Origin: Octopus sinensis
Taxonomy: Eukaryota
Length of the DNA stretch: 64,000 bases
Direction of reading: 5' to 3'
Assembly (NCBI RefSeq): GCF_006345805.1
Contig: NC_042999.1
Location: 141,298,001-141,362,000 of the forward strand
Shown: positions 40,652 to 54,099 of the stretch, in pieces
How positions within the stretch are numbered: the first letter of the stretch is position 1
Layout of the letters: each line of letters opens with the position of its first letter
Program-made: the position numbers and the translations under genes
Notes under the pieces: generated by a model
The model's input: the letters and a program-made list of their open reading frames with translations, nothing else
Told to the model about the DNA's origin: nothing
Database searches by the model: none

Positions 40652-41203
40652 CTAAAAGAGAAAACAAATTAATAAAATTTCAGATATAAAAATCAATAGA
40701 AGCATAAAGAAGTCTAAATAGCATGAGTATTGTTTTACACAACCAAATAAAAAGATTCAGGGTTTTTTCAGAAGTTAACACACAGTACAAAGGTAGGTGA
40801 TAGTGGCCAGTGGTGGTGGTGGTGCTGCTGCTGCTGATAGTGGTGCAACAAGAATAAATGTGATTGTGTCACTGGCATCTTTGACATCACAAACCTTGTC
40901 AAGTTCTTTCTTGAGAAGCACACTAGTCATAATCATCATTAAGTTCGTTTTACTATGCCAGCATGGGTTGGATAGATTTAAAACAGCAAGTTATGTCTTA
41001 GCACATTTATCTTAAGTGCACTACTAATATATTTTTACTTTATTGTCCTCTATTTCACATTTTCTGCAACGAACATAGCCATAAAACTTTTTTCTTCATA
41101 TTTGGATTGTTTTAATAGTGGATGTGTATATGTGAGTGCACATATCACCTCAACGAGATTTTCTTAAATGTTCCTTTTCTCATAAATAAAATCGGATCTT
41201 TAC

Positions 41204-41794
41204 CTTTTGACCTACAGATTTAAAAAATATTTTTTTGTAACTAAACACTTTCAAACTTCGGACACTGGTAGAATGTGTCATATAAAATATCTTTTACTCT
41301 TAGCATTTTTGAGAAAAACTTATATTTACAAAGTTACTTCATGCCAAAGTTCTCGTATTTTGGTAATTTCAACCAATCAATGACATGTATTCAGCTGAAT
41401 AAAATTACTACTGTTGTTTGTCAACAAGAATTTCCGGTGGTGTATATTTCGTTTGTCATTGTTATTTATGACAACCTTAACCCTAACCCTAAAACCTTAA
41501 AACCAGTACAAATGCACGAACGATGTCATAAATAACAGTGACAAACGAAAAATACCTCGCCGATAGTTGTTGTTGACAAACAATGGCAATAATTTTATTC
41601 AGCTGAATACATGTCATTGATTGGTTGAAATTACTGAAATACGAGAACTTTGATGTGAAATAACTTCATAAATATAAGTTTTTCTCAAAAATGCTAAGAG
41701 TCGAAGATATTTTATATGACACATTCTACTAGTGTCTGAAGTTTGAAAGTGTTTAGTTACAAAAAATTATTTTTTAAATCTGTATGTCAAAAAG
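41204..41794. repeat. Foldback element: two ~270-bp inverted arms with a 51-nt spacer
   Basis: 41204-41472 versus the reverse complement of 41524-41794, roughly 90% identical by eye; spacer contains TAACCCTAACCC. Confidence 0.92.
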
Positions 41795-41865
41795 AAGAAA
41801 AAAGGGTGGGGAGAGATAAATCAATACATACACAGCAGCTTTTAAAATTTAGGGAATTTACTTAC

Positions 41866-42077
41866 TGATAGGCCTAAATAGTTGTTGGCACAAAAGTTGA
41901 GGATTGAGCTAGTTTGACCTTCCACACCGATTTGAGCACCTTGTTTGGAGACAATAATTCTTTCATTTTTCCAAGTTCCAGCGTTTTTTATTTCTGACAG
42001 AGATTCTTCTAAAATTTTCTTGGTAGAAGCTAAACTGACTGAATTAGCTCGAGGTTGCAGCTGGTATAATGGTGGTG
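41866..42077 (-). CDS. GCAT: 2-amino-3-ketobutyrate CoA ligase, first recognised coding exon
   Basis: tttccag|CA..PPLYQLQPRANSVSLASTKKILEESLSEIKNAGTWKNERIIVSKQG..LNFCANNYLGLS|gtaagt; 212 nt, phase 1 to 0. Confidence 0.93.
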
Positions 42078-43055
42078 CTGGAAAGACAGAAATTATGTAT
42101 AAAAACATCACTACCAAACATTTTAACTTCCTTTTCTCTTGACTAACACCATTTAGCTTGATCAGATTTTTGTTGCTTGTATAAAAACAGTTGATAAAAT
42201 GCCAGCATGGGCTTATAGTAAAGTACAGTTTTATTTTATAAAATAATATCCATATATTTAAATGACCATATACGTGTTCTTTTAATAGATTCAGTTACTG
42301 AACTGCAAACATGTTGAGGTACCACCTTCACGGATTCAACTCCAGTATTTATTTCAGTTTGGCCTTTATTTTATGAATATCTACTTGCCAAACCACTAAG
42401 TTATGAGATATAAAAGACCACAACATAAATACAACACTGGTGTCAACATAAGCACAAACATGCATGACAGGCTTCAAGACAGTTTCCAACAGTCAAATTC
42501 CATTCACAAGGTAGTAGTCAACTCAAGACAACAGTAGAAGACACTTGTCCAATGTACCATACAATGAGATTGAACCCAGAACTACTTGGTTGAGAAAGAA
42601 ATGTTTTAACTACATGGTTAAATAACTGTACATAAAATGTGAACTTTATATACCAAGAAATGCATTCTCACTGTAAAAAGAATTCAGAACAATTTCAAGC
42701 AACACCATCTAGATAAGAGCTACATGCCATTGTTAGTGTTCCCCAACCTTTTATGCTCAACACTAAACTAAAAACATCTGGATACTTATTACATCCCACA
42801 CCACACTATTACTGACTTTTATACCCTTATGTAATACAAGTCGTGGCTATATTATAAAATTATATTTTAAATTAATCAATTGCACATTTCTCCGCTTCAT
42901 GGATCTTAACATCCCCTTAGGGATGCAGGGAGAATTTAAATTTTATTTTCATTATTTTCAATAGAGTAGAGTTCATCTTTTCTCAAATAACTAACTCACT
43001 GGTAGTGTGTATCGATGCCTACTATTGAGATACATGAGCTGTCAGGACTATTGTA

Positions 43056-44123
43056 CAGGGTGAGGCAAAAGTCATGCACCATAGGAGTTAATTAATTAAT
43101 AATATTTTAAATGTCTAATTTGTTCTAATATTTTCTTATTTGCAGAAATAATTTTGAAATAAGATAGGTGAAAAACTAATGAAGGACGAACAAGTCACCT
43201 TAGTGTTCATGTATGGGAAAGCAAGTGCTACTCACACAGATCTGTTGCAGAAGAATTCAACAGGCAGAATCTACACCGTCTCCAATTGATAAGTCAACTG
43301 TTGGACATCTAATTAATCATTTTAAAGAAACAGGTAGTGCTACTGATTGCCCTCGAAATGACAGACCGAAAAGTGCAACTGATCCAACATCAATGGTGGT
43401 TGTTTTAAAAACAGCCAAAAGCAGAATCAACAACAAAGTTAAGTCAAGAGACAGGCAATAGCCAAAAGTCAGTTTTATGTATTCTCCACAGACATTACTT
43501 CCATCCTCATAAAGTTCATCTGGTGCAGGAATTGCATGGGGGTCGACCTCAATTGCTGAAAAGAGTTTTGCGAGTGGTATTTGCAAAACAGCAATCATTC
43601 ATATACTTCAATGATGAGGCCATGTTTTATCTAAGTGGACATGTCAAGAGACATAATTGTCGCTACTGGTCTGATAATAACCCTAGATGGATGCAAGATA
43701 ACCATGTGCAAAACGATCCTGGTATGGTCTGGAATATGGGAAGGTCAGTTAATCGGTCCTTGCTTCTTTGAATATCATGGGTGAAACATACCTTCACATG
43801 CTATTGACATTTTTACTATATTGCATCTATAATATTCCATTAGAAGAAAGATTGAACAGGTTCTTTCAACAATGATGGAGCACCACCACATTTTGCTTTG
43901 ATTGTGCATGACTTTCTAAATGAACAGTTCCCTAACAAATAGATAGGTTGAAGAGGTCCTGTTGAGTGGCCACTGAGGTCAGACTTCACACCCTTGGATT
44001 TTTATCTGTGGGACAATTTGAAGGTGGGCATATGACAATTAAATAACTAGCAAATAAAATTTTTATGCATAATTATATTTTTAATAAATTATCCATATGG
44101 TGCGCAACTTATACCTCACCCTG
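43056..44123 (+). mobile_element. Degenerate Tc1/mariner (DUF4817-type HTH) transposon
   Basis: TA|CAGGGTGAGG..TIRs..CCTCACCCTG|TA; HFKETGSATD, FNDEAMFYLSGHVKRHNCRYWS, QQ*WSTTTF/GAPPHF-type and DFTPLDFYLW remnants. Confidence 0.85.
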
Positions 44124-46554
44124 TACTTGATTTGTAAGGTCCTTCTACTGCAAGAAATCTCCCAATGAATGTTCAGACTGGTTTCAATTTATATTCATTT
44201 TCCTGGAAATGTAATTATAAATATGCATGCTTGTATATGTCTACATTTGTATATGACCATGTTATAAACAATAAAATACTCCAGTAATTATAGTAATATA
44301 ATCCATATCAGTCTAACCTTTAAAAACAGAGCAGTTTAAAATTTCATAAAAGAAAACTAATACCAACATTAAATTTGACCTCTCTCTAACTTGTGTTCTG
44401 TGACAAAGTGAATCGGAATTGTCTATTAACATTCTTTTAAGAACCATCCTATATGCAAAGATATCTTGATTAGTCATAAAAACTTCAACAAATACAAATT
44501 GCGAGCTGAATATGGCACAACTGCCACATGAACCCCTATAAAAGTCTACTCCTTCACACACATGTCCTGTTAAATTCAACCAATAGTAAACCATAAAAAC
44601 TTATACTTTTCTCCTGTCCTTCTCAATATCCCCTTCTTATACAACCACTCCTCCTGTATGCCTGCACCACACCTCACTGTCATTCTACACATACCAAAGG
44701 AACTCCCTACTAAAAACACTCTGCAAAAGCTTGAGTGACTAAAACCAGTCTGATGATAAGTAATAAGCTGAAACTTCAAAGTTACTGTCAACCTCTTCCC
44801 TGTAAAAATTAATATGTACTCTACTAAAAAGTAGAGTGACCATTCACTTTAATGTTAAATCGTTTTTATATATAACTCTGGATGAAAAATAAAATTAATA
44901 TATCATTATTATCATTTAATGTCCATATTCCATGCAAGCATGGGTTGGATGGTTTGACAGGATCTGGCAAACCATAAGGCCTTGCCAAGCTACAATGTTA
45001 GCTTTGGCATGATCTCTACTGTTGGATGTCCTTCCTAACAGCAACTACTTTACAGAGTGTACTTGGTGCTTTTTTCATGCCACTACCACTAGTGAAGTTA
45101 CTAAGTAACTTGCAAGGCAAGAAAAGAACAGGAAAGGGGGGGGGGCTACTTGCATAAATGGAGGAAGTAGAGTTTGAGAATAGTAGGGGTGATGGTTCTC
45201 TGCTGGCTGTTTAGTGGTTAAAATGTGAAGGAAGGATGAACCCAAGATGTAATAGAGATTCAAGGTTACACCATATTATATAAGAGCGAGTGGGAGTAGC
45301 TGGAAAGCTGGAAGACAGAAGTGGTGGTGGGATGCTGGGGCATCTAAGGATATAGTGGATCACAGAGGGAGATAGAGGGGAAAAGATGGAGGAAGATGTG
45401 CATGTAGTGGCTAATGGCAAGTGATATAGGAATGGCTTGTGGGGGAGCTATAATGGTAAACATGAGAAGGCATTGAGAATGATAGCAGGTAAGAAAGGTT
45501 TAAAGAATGGAGTATAGTAGAGGACAGCAATGACTCACTACCGCATGTTTGTCAGCCCAATTCTTTAATGGTTAGAGTATTAGGTTCAAAATCATGAGGT
45601 AGTGGGGTTCAATTCCCAGATCAGGCTGTGTGTTGTAATTTTGAGCAAGACACTATTTCATGTTGTTCCAGTTCATTCAGCTGTAGAAGTTGCAGCATCA
45701 GCCTTTGCCTTTCTCTTGGATAACATTGGTGGCATAGTGAGGGGAGGCTGGTATGCATGGGTGACTGTTGATCTTCCACAAACACCTTTGCCTGGATTTG
45801 TGTCTCGAGGGGAACTTTCTAGGTGCAATCTCATGACCAAATGGGGGTCTTTACTAGTAGAGAACAGCAATGACTGAAGGCACAAAAAAGAGGTGACTGG
45901 TGAGAATAACATGGGATGGGATGATATTGAGAAATGGAAATGGTTGCAGACTGGGGTGGATGTGGGGGCAGCTGGAAGGGAGGGGATGTAATACATGCCT
46001 ATTCCGATCTGAGGTGGTTACAGCAGCCAATTAGGGGATGAAATATGGAGGAAATGCTTGACAGAGCAAAGAGAGGAGGGAGTTGGGCCCCACATGTACA
46101 AGCACAACCAAGATGGTTTTAGGATATCATTTCTCTATGAGGGCTGGGTCTTCTCAAGCACAACAAATCACCAGTTTCCTCAGTCCTGTGTCATCTTAAG
46201 GAGTGGTTCTACCAAATAGATAGATATGAGAGTAGTGGCAGCAGCAGTAATAGCAACGAAAGTAGTAAAAATAGTACTAATAAATTCTAAAGACGTAAAT
46301 TATCAGGCTTTCAATCATGTATATGCTTTATGTATGATATGCAGATTGTTATATTGAATTTATATTGCTTCTGTTGCACTCTCTCTCTCTATATATATAT
46401 ATACACATATATATACAAACTGGGACAAGAACGGAAAACATTTAGGAGACGATACAAAAAACAAGGACGGGACATTCGAAGCCTTCAATCTTCAGTCAAG
46501 AACCGGATCATCCTCGCAATTTCGGCTGATTAATCTTATATATATATATATACT

Positions 46555-46905
46555 CTTTACTCTTTTACTTGTTTCAGTCATTTTGACTGCGGCCATGCTG
46601 GAGCACCACCTTTTAGTACTTATTCTATCGGTCTCTTTTTGCCGAACCGCTAAGTGACGGGGACCTAAACACACCAGCATCGGTTGTCAAGCAATGCTAG
46701 GGGGACAAACACAGACACACAAACACACGCATACATATATTTATACATATATACGACAGGCTTCTTTCAGTTTCCGTCTACCAAATCCACTCACAAGGCA
46801 TTGGTCGGCCCGGGGCTATAGCAGAAGACACTTGCCCAAGATGCCACGCAGTGGGACTGAACCCGCAACCGTGTGGTTGGTTAGCAAGCTACTTACCACT
46901 CCTGC
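46555..46905 (-). mobile_element. SINE family B (GGCA(C/T)CTTGGGCAAGTGTCTTC core), CpG-intact copy
   Basis: Near-consensus copy; others at ~3220-3575, 26010-26340, 27165-27540, 42250-42620, 51450-51885, 60410-60520, 61465-61830. Confidence 0.8.
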
Positions 46906-46906
46906 G

Positions 46907-46951
<45 letters not shown>

Positions 46952-47554
46952 TTTTATAAGTTTAAAGCTTATAAGCAATTACCGTGCAAATGACTAAAGA
47001 AAATAGTCTAATAATGGATATATAAAACTTCGATCCTTTCTTTTAGTTATTAGCCTTTCCTTTGTCACAATAGTCTATGCAGAGTTTCGTGAGTACAAAC
47101 AAGCTGAAATATATCAAACTAAATAACATAGAAATTGTAAAATCTTTTAAAATACATCCTTGTTTTGAAAATTAACTTTTTGCTCCGTGACAAGAGTTCT
47201 TAATCAGGTACTGGAACACATTAAAAGTATGAGGGAGGTGAAATTTGTAAACGAACATGTATAAACAGTTTTGTACATTTTATTTAATAGAAACTGTTCT
47301 TTCAGGAGACGCAGTTAAAGTTTCTTTTCAGTCTGAAGACGATTTTTGCATTGTCTCTCGGACAAAATCTCTGTTGACATAGTAATTTTAAATAGTAAAT
47401 ATTCTTTTCTACTATAGGCATAAGGCCCGAAATTTGGGGGGAGGCGACCAGTCGATTCGACTACCACCAGTACGCAACTGGTATTTAATTTATCGACCCT
47501 GAAAGGATGAAAGGTAAAGTCGACCTCGGCGGAATTTCAACTCAAAACGTAGAC

Positions 47555-47755
47555 CAGTGGTTTTCAACCAGGGTTCCGCCAGTACAGTCCAGGGGTTCCG
47601 CAAGAAGTTACAAAACTGCTAAAATCGGCAGTAATTTTTAATTCTCCTGTGCAGATATGTGTGCATAAGACCATTAAATTATTACACAGGGGTTCCTCGA
47701 GCCAGTGGAATGTTTCCTTGGGGTTCCGCTCCAGCAAAAAGTTTGAAAAGCACTG
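47555..47755. mobile_element. hAT (Buster-like) MITE nested in a SINE
   Basis: CAGTGGTTTTCAA..TTGAAAAGCACTG flanked by perfect 8-bp TSD ACGTAGAC (47547-54, 47756-63). Confidence 0.9.
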
Positions 47756-48636
47756 ACGTAGACAGATGAAATACCGCTATGCATTCCGCCCGGCGTGCTA
47801 ACGTTTCTGCCAGCTCGGCGCCTTTTAAGAAGCAATTATTAATATAATAACTTGACCCCAAAATTAGTTTCAGCGACTTAAGCATCTTAATTACTAATAA
47901 AATTATGGGTATACGTACATTGGGGACTAGTAAATAATGTATTGTTGCACACATTTGATAAATGAAATAAGGTATTAATGGAATTTATTAATGTAATAAG
48001 TACAGAAAACAAAAACTGCTGAATGCGCTGTTTTCAGGAGGCTGAGTTGTTTCAATCTCCCACCGTACTAAGGTGAATACATTTTCTATAAATAAATACT
48101 AAAATCCGATATTTTTAAGAAGTCAATGTGTTCATAACTTCATTCAAGGCCATTGACTACAAACGTATATATATAGTAAATAAATGTATCCAAAAAGCAC
48201 CGACAAGTTAAATTAAATTTTCATCACGTTTACACACAAGTGCTAGCCTACGAGAGAGCCTTTTCGTGATCGAATTTGAAATAAAGTCAGATCTTCTTCA
48301 AATTTACACCCTACTAGCTTAAAAAACGTAAATTAAGTAATATAGTTTAAATGATAAAACTCGGTAAATGTCAGGAACTACGAGGAAATTTCGACGAAAT
48401 CTCTTAGCATAGGATATTCATGTCTTTGAGCACGAGTCTGCTCGATTACAGATGATATGCACAAAACAATAACAACCAGATCAAAAATGATTTGGGGCCT
48501 TTATTTCTTGAAGGTGTGTATAGTTGATAATACAATCGTTTTATCAGAGAATGTCAAGAGATTTTAGAATATTGTCTTTTCTACATGCATTGGGAATACC
48601 GAAGAAAGAGTTAGTATTATGTGTGTGTCCACTTAC

Positions 48637-48688
48637 GGATATACATGAAGGAACGAATTATGTACAAAACGATGCCGTGAAACCTAGC
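48637..48688 (-). CDS. Candidate upstream GCAT exon (start or internal)
   Basis: ATG TAT ATC C|gtaagt (48646-48637) gives the phase 1 needed by the 42077 exon; upstream tag|ARFHGIVLYIIRSF is also open; lies in CpG-retaining DNA; no homology support. Confidence 0.3.
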
Positions 48689-49428
48689 CTACATACATAC
48701 AACAAATAAAAACAAACTATCTAACCTATTATAAAACTATAAGCTTATATGAGGATATTAACTAAACATAAGGCCTATTTACCAATTCTATAGGTACATG
48801 AAAGGTCAAGTTTGCCTTGATGTGATTTGAACTCAAGAAATGCATTTTATTTTTAAATGACGCAGTTAATACTTCAAAAATATTGGTTAAACTAAAGCGG
48901 TCTTGTTTTTTTGACCGGGTTTAACGCTTTAGTTTAACCAAAATATTTACATTGAATTATTTTAATCTAGTGTCTTAGTTTTCAATGCAACGCGAAAAGA
49001 CAAGGGGAGAAATAACAGCGAAAATAATTATATTGAAAAGGCTCAGATAGGTTTAAGTTGCTATGTTTAGCACAAGGTCAGCACTGATTCATCGAACCTG
49101 TGATCAAAGCTGTTCCCATCATGACGATCCAGCTTCTCTGTCGGGGTGGGATGGTCATGATAGAACACGATGCATATTTAAATCATTCAATGTGTCCCTT
49201 CCTTTTCGAGATATAAAGCAGTGATTCTCTCATGCTGCGCTGCAAGAGGTGCCTAGATACCACGGATTTCGTAATAATAATTCCAGGTGTTAAGACCATC
49301 TGTACTAATACTTGAACATCTCGAAAAGTATGTCATTCATAATTTTGTAAAACATTAAATTTGGCCAAGCAATACTTTTCTAAATTTTTAGCGTTAAAAG
49401 TTGTTTTATGTTCCTCCAGTGTGCTACG

Positions 49429-49465
<37 letters not shown>

Positions 49466-50584
49466 ATTGAGAAACCCTATGGTAATTTTGCTGCTGTTTC
49501 TAGCTGTCCGAGAACACCTGTCTCGCAATCACCTGCGGCATTGCCACTGCTTTGACTTCAATTTTCTCTTTTTAAGATTAATTTGTGTCTCTTGGTGCGA
49601 GCTATAAGCGAAGGAGTGTTTGTTTACAGATATCTTTGTTTCACTAATTTTTTTTCCAGTTTACCTTTATAAATTGTACTCTTTTTCGATAAATTTATAA
49701 TGTGATGATGGTAAATATTATAGTCATCAGATCACGACACCCGCCTCCCATAGTTTCTAAAACAGGTGAATATATATATAATTATATAAGATATATTTTA
49801 CATCATTTGATATATTCTAAATGTTTGCTGTTGTTCTCGACTGTGGATTAACATGATAAACATATCTTTATATAAACAAAAATTCGTATCCTGAAGGTCA
49901 GGAAAGAAATGAACAATATGTTATTGTTATACATTAGAGAAAGATATAAAAATCACAAGTTTTCGATAAAAACAATTACTACGAACCTAAAGTTGGTTCT
50001 GACAACTTGATAACATTTCGAAACATCTGGCGGCAAGCAAACTGTCGTTTAATCATTCTGAATGAAGCCATGTGCAAGCCTGTGTGCAAGTGAGAGATGT
50101 GTGGAAGTTAATAAAACTGTGCTTGTATTTGAGTGTGTATGTGTGTGTGAGGTTAGCGTGTTCGACCAATCAGACATTAAACAAACACATCAATTAGTTT
50201 GTCCAGATGTAACAACATAGCAGTATGTCAGTAAGTGTCACTACGACTGGGTTGTAATTGGGAACAATACAGACGGAGGGATAAGTGTATAACCCTTAAG
50301 TGAACTCTTTAAGCAGGTTGTCGGACGAACCGTGCAACCTCCTGTTAAACTTCTGCCTCCTCTCTCAGCCAATTATAATCTCCTTCAAATTTCACCCTAT
50401 TGTCTTAAACATGGGAAGGGCATGTACAAACTCTTGAAGTACGAAAGTACGAGCGAAAATTAACTCTTTTGTGTACGAATATGAGGTGCATGGCACCATC
50501 ATGAAAAATGGTTAAATAAAGTTGATGGTGGGAGGGCATGCCTACGCAAATGGGCTAACATCTAGTTTAACACCCGGCCACCTA

Positions 50585-51238
50585 AACAAAAAAAAAACTA
50601 ACAGGTGTAAAAAATGTGTAATAAACGAATCTGAAAACCAAAATTTGCGCAAGCCAACTGGGGGGGGGGGCAGGACATTCGGAAAATTCACACGATTTGA
50701 TTTTTTCCCTCGTAGCTTTCAGGAAAAATGGATATCTTTCGATGAAATTTTACATAAATACCTTTCTAACTGCATAGATTACAATTATTAAAAAAATTGT
50801 GGGGAAAACTTTTTTCCGAAATGGTGGGAGAGGGGAGTTTCAAATCAAGAAGACTACATAAGTTTTGGCGGGGTATTTTTCCAGTTGTTTTTCAGCAAAG
50901 CCTTCGAAATGATGGGGAGCATCTTTTTAAGAAAAATGGTTTAGAAAATTTATGATCCAAAACTCCATTTTTTCGAAACTCCTCTCCCTAGACCCCAGGA
51001 AAATCTTCCTCACAAATTTCTTTATAATCGTAATCTATGCCGTTTGAAAGATATTTATATAAAATTTCATTAAAAAATATCTATTCTCCTGAAAGTTATG
51101 AGGGAAAAATCGGATCGTGGGAATTTTCCGAAAGTCCTCTCCCCACACCCCTAGTTCGCTTGCGCAAACTTTGGTTTTCAGAATTGTTTACTTCATATTT
51201 TTTTACACCTATTACACTTGTATTTTTTTTTTTTTTGT
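50585..51238. repeat. Foldback with ~245-bp inverted arms; related modules continue to ~52960
   Basis: 50585-50830 versus the reverse complement of 50980-51238 (TTTGCGCAAGC, TCGGAAAATTC, GAAATTTTA blocks). Confidence 0.8.
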
Positions 51239-52254
51239 AGTCATGTGTTAAATTAGATATTAACTAACAAATATGTCCCGTCTGACTTGGTTTTCTCATA
51301 ACATCCGGAAAACTGGATATTTTTAAAATGAAATTTTCTACAAATACACTTCACTTGGTGTAGATTCCGATTATATAAGCATTTGCTGTGAAAATGTTCA
51401 TAACTTCCAACAAAAAAAAACGGGTATTTTTTAATGAAATTTTCCACAGATGGGTGCAGGAGTCTGGTAGGAAGCTTGCTTCCCAACCACATGGTTCTGG
51501 GTTCGGTCCTACTGTGTAACACCTTGGGCAAGTGTCTTCTACCATAACCTCGAGCCGACCAAAGCCTTATGAGTGGATTTGGTAGACGGAAACTGAAAGA
51601 AGCCTGTCATGTGTTTGTGTGTGTGTGTATATATATATATACATATATATATGTATGTATATATGTATGTATGTATTTATGTGTTTATGTTTGTCCCCCC
51701 CCCCCCACCATCGCTTGACAACTGATGTTTGCATGTTTACGTCCCTATAACTTATACGGTTCAGCAAATGAGACCAATATAATAAGTTTGAGGTTTACAA
51801 AGAATAAGTCCTGGGGTCAATTTCTTTAACTAAAGGCGGTGCTCCAGCATGGCTGCAGTCAAATGATTGAAACAAGTAAAAGAAATATTTTTTTTAAATA
51901 CCTTTCAGAATGTGTAAATTACAATCATATCAGAATTTGGTGTGAAAAGGAAAATGGTGAGCATGCACATATATATACTGACACATCACATAGATATATG
52001 TGATACATGCCAGTAGGAATATGTCCAAGCCCACCATTTTTTAAAAATATTTTTCCATACTGAATTCCAATATAATCACAATCTACACACTCTGAAAGGT
52101 ATTTGTAGAAAATTTCATTAAAAAATATCTTTCTGGGAGTTGATATGATAATGAAATTATTGTGTATAGTACTCAAGTGCACTACAACTCATCAAAGGTG
52201 CATGTATAGTACATAAAATTATGTACAAAAGTCAGGAAAGTGAACAGTGTATGA

Positions 52255-52810
52255 GTCATGATATACATGTGTGCATCCATATAGAGAGGAGGATATCAGG
52301 TGTAGTGTTGGTGAATTTCAGGAAGCATGGAGATTTTAAAGAATGCAATGTCTCAGCAACTAACAACTGATGCTGGTAGTTTGTTCCCTGCTTCACCAAC
52401 TCTGAGTGTGAAAAAATGTTTCCAAATGTCATGAGAGCTGTGCTGTTTTCTGACTTTGTAGGCATGCCCATGTGTGTTAGACACATGGAGTTCAAAAAGG
52501 TTTCCGAGGTGGTTGTTGGCACACTGGTCAATAATTTTGTGGGTGTTTACCAAGTCAGTTGTTAGACGTCAGAGTTTCAATGTATCCATGCCCAGAGAAG
52601 CAAGGCATTCAGAGTATGGTAGATGCCTGATGGGGGGTATTCACTTGGTTGCACGTCTCTGAACAGGTTCCAGGAGGTCAATGTCCTGAGCAAGATAGAG
52701 ATTCCAGACTGGTAATGCAAATTCCAGGTGTGGCCACACTATATCCATATACAGCCTTAAATAGATAGCTGGAGAGCAGCTGACAAAGTGATGCCGAGAC
52801 ACCCTCATTA
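52255..52810 (-). mobile_element. CR1-clade LINE 3' fragment
   Basis: IVWPHLEFALPVWNLYLAQDIDLLEPVQRRATK, HGHAYKVRK, KHFFTLRV. Confidence 0.8.
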
Positions 52811-53466
52811 TAAGGAAACAAAGCTGACTATTGTGAATGTTTTGAAACTCGCCTCCCATAGAAATGTTTTTCAGAACAAATTCGATATAATCGGAATCTA
52901 CACCTTCTGAAGCGTATTTGAAGAAAATTTCATTAAAAAATATCCATTTTCTTGGAAGTTGAGGAAACAAATTAGAGGGTCACACTTGTGTAGGTATGCA
53001 GTTGATGGTGTTAGTATTTAAAAGGGGGAAAAAATCTCTATTTGCAATTCATTGTAATTAGTTGCATGCCTCGACACAAAGTTAACTTTGCTTTCAGTTT
53101 GTTAATGAATGTACTGAGCAGAGGACGAGTGCAGCAGTTAACGCATCACTTGGTAGCAGGTGTTGTATATACAAGTAGTATAGTATTGGTCTACTTATTT
53201 AGGAGGAATTTTACAATTCAGTCTACAAAAGCACTGAAGTAAAAAATATGACATAGTGAATGCTAATTGCTTTGCGGGGTTGGTGTAGGCTTGATTGAGC
53301 CAAAAGACATGCATAACTAGTAAATCTATATATAAAACTGAGAAAGTGTGTCTATCTGTGTCTGTATGTGTGCATCACTAAAACTTATGAACTACCCAAC
53401 ATATTTTATTCAAATTTTACACATACACTACATAGGGTCCATGGAGTATCATGAGCCAAAAAATTT

Positions 53467-53960
53467 TCAACTTCTTGCTCCACCTCCATTATTGACTTGG
53501 TCACCTAGGTAATGGAAGTTATCAACTACTTTTAGCTTTTTCCCCTGGCATGTGATGGAAGCTGTTCTCTGCATATTTTCAGTGTTTATTGCCCCTGTGC
53601 ATCTACCACACACAAAAACTATCTTTCCAGTTAACCTTCCTTTGATATTGCTGTACCTCTTATATAGCTTACACCGAGTACATTTTATGGGGTTTCTAAG
53701 TACACCTTTCTTACCGATCAAACAGGGTCGTCTACCTAAAGGGCTTTGTGATTTGTCTGCCTTCCTACTTACTAAGACTTTGGCTTTTGCTAGATTGACT
53801 CTAAGGCCCTTTGATTCTAGACCTTGCTTCCACACCTGAAACTTCTCTACTTCTGGTAGGGACTCAGCTATTAGAGCGAGGTCATCAGCATATTTATTCT
53901 ATATCCTTTCAAAATTTTTCCCAGGCGTTACCCATTACAATTTATCTTGGCCTAATGGCC
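53467..53960 (-). mobile_element. RTE-clade LINE RT fragment
   Basis: YADDL (53881 area), WKQGLESKGLRVNLAKAKVLVS, VVDNFHYLGD. Confidence 0.8.
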
Positions 53961-54099
53961 CTTAATGTTTGTCTTCGTTGAGTGTTTACTCTGTTGCTGT
54001 TTGTTCATTTGAAGCCCTAACTCTCCATAGATTTTATATTTTAAAAATTTCTGGATGCTACTGTCTCATGCCATATATAGATCTATCTATCTATCTATC

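Noticed and set aside
49494-49535. ATG CCG CAG.. on - as the GCAT start exon
   Set aside because: Available GT sites are weak and phase 0, and the frame stops after 13 codons; cannot be supported
49680-49735. Minus-strand CTGATGA..GAAA hammerhead
   Set aside because: No stem II adjacent to the core and no stem I or III pairing
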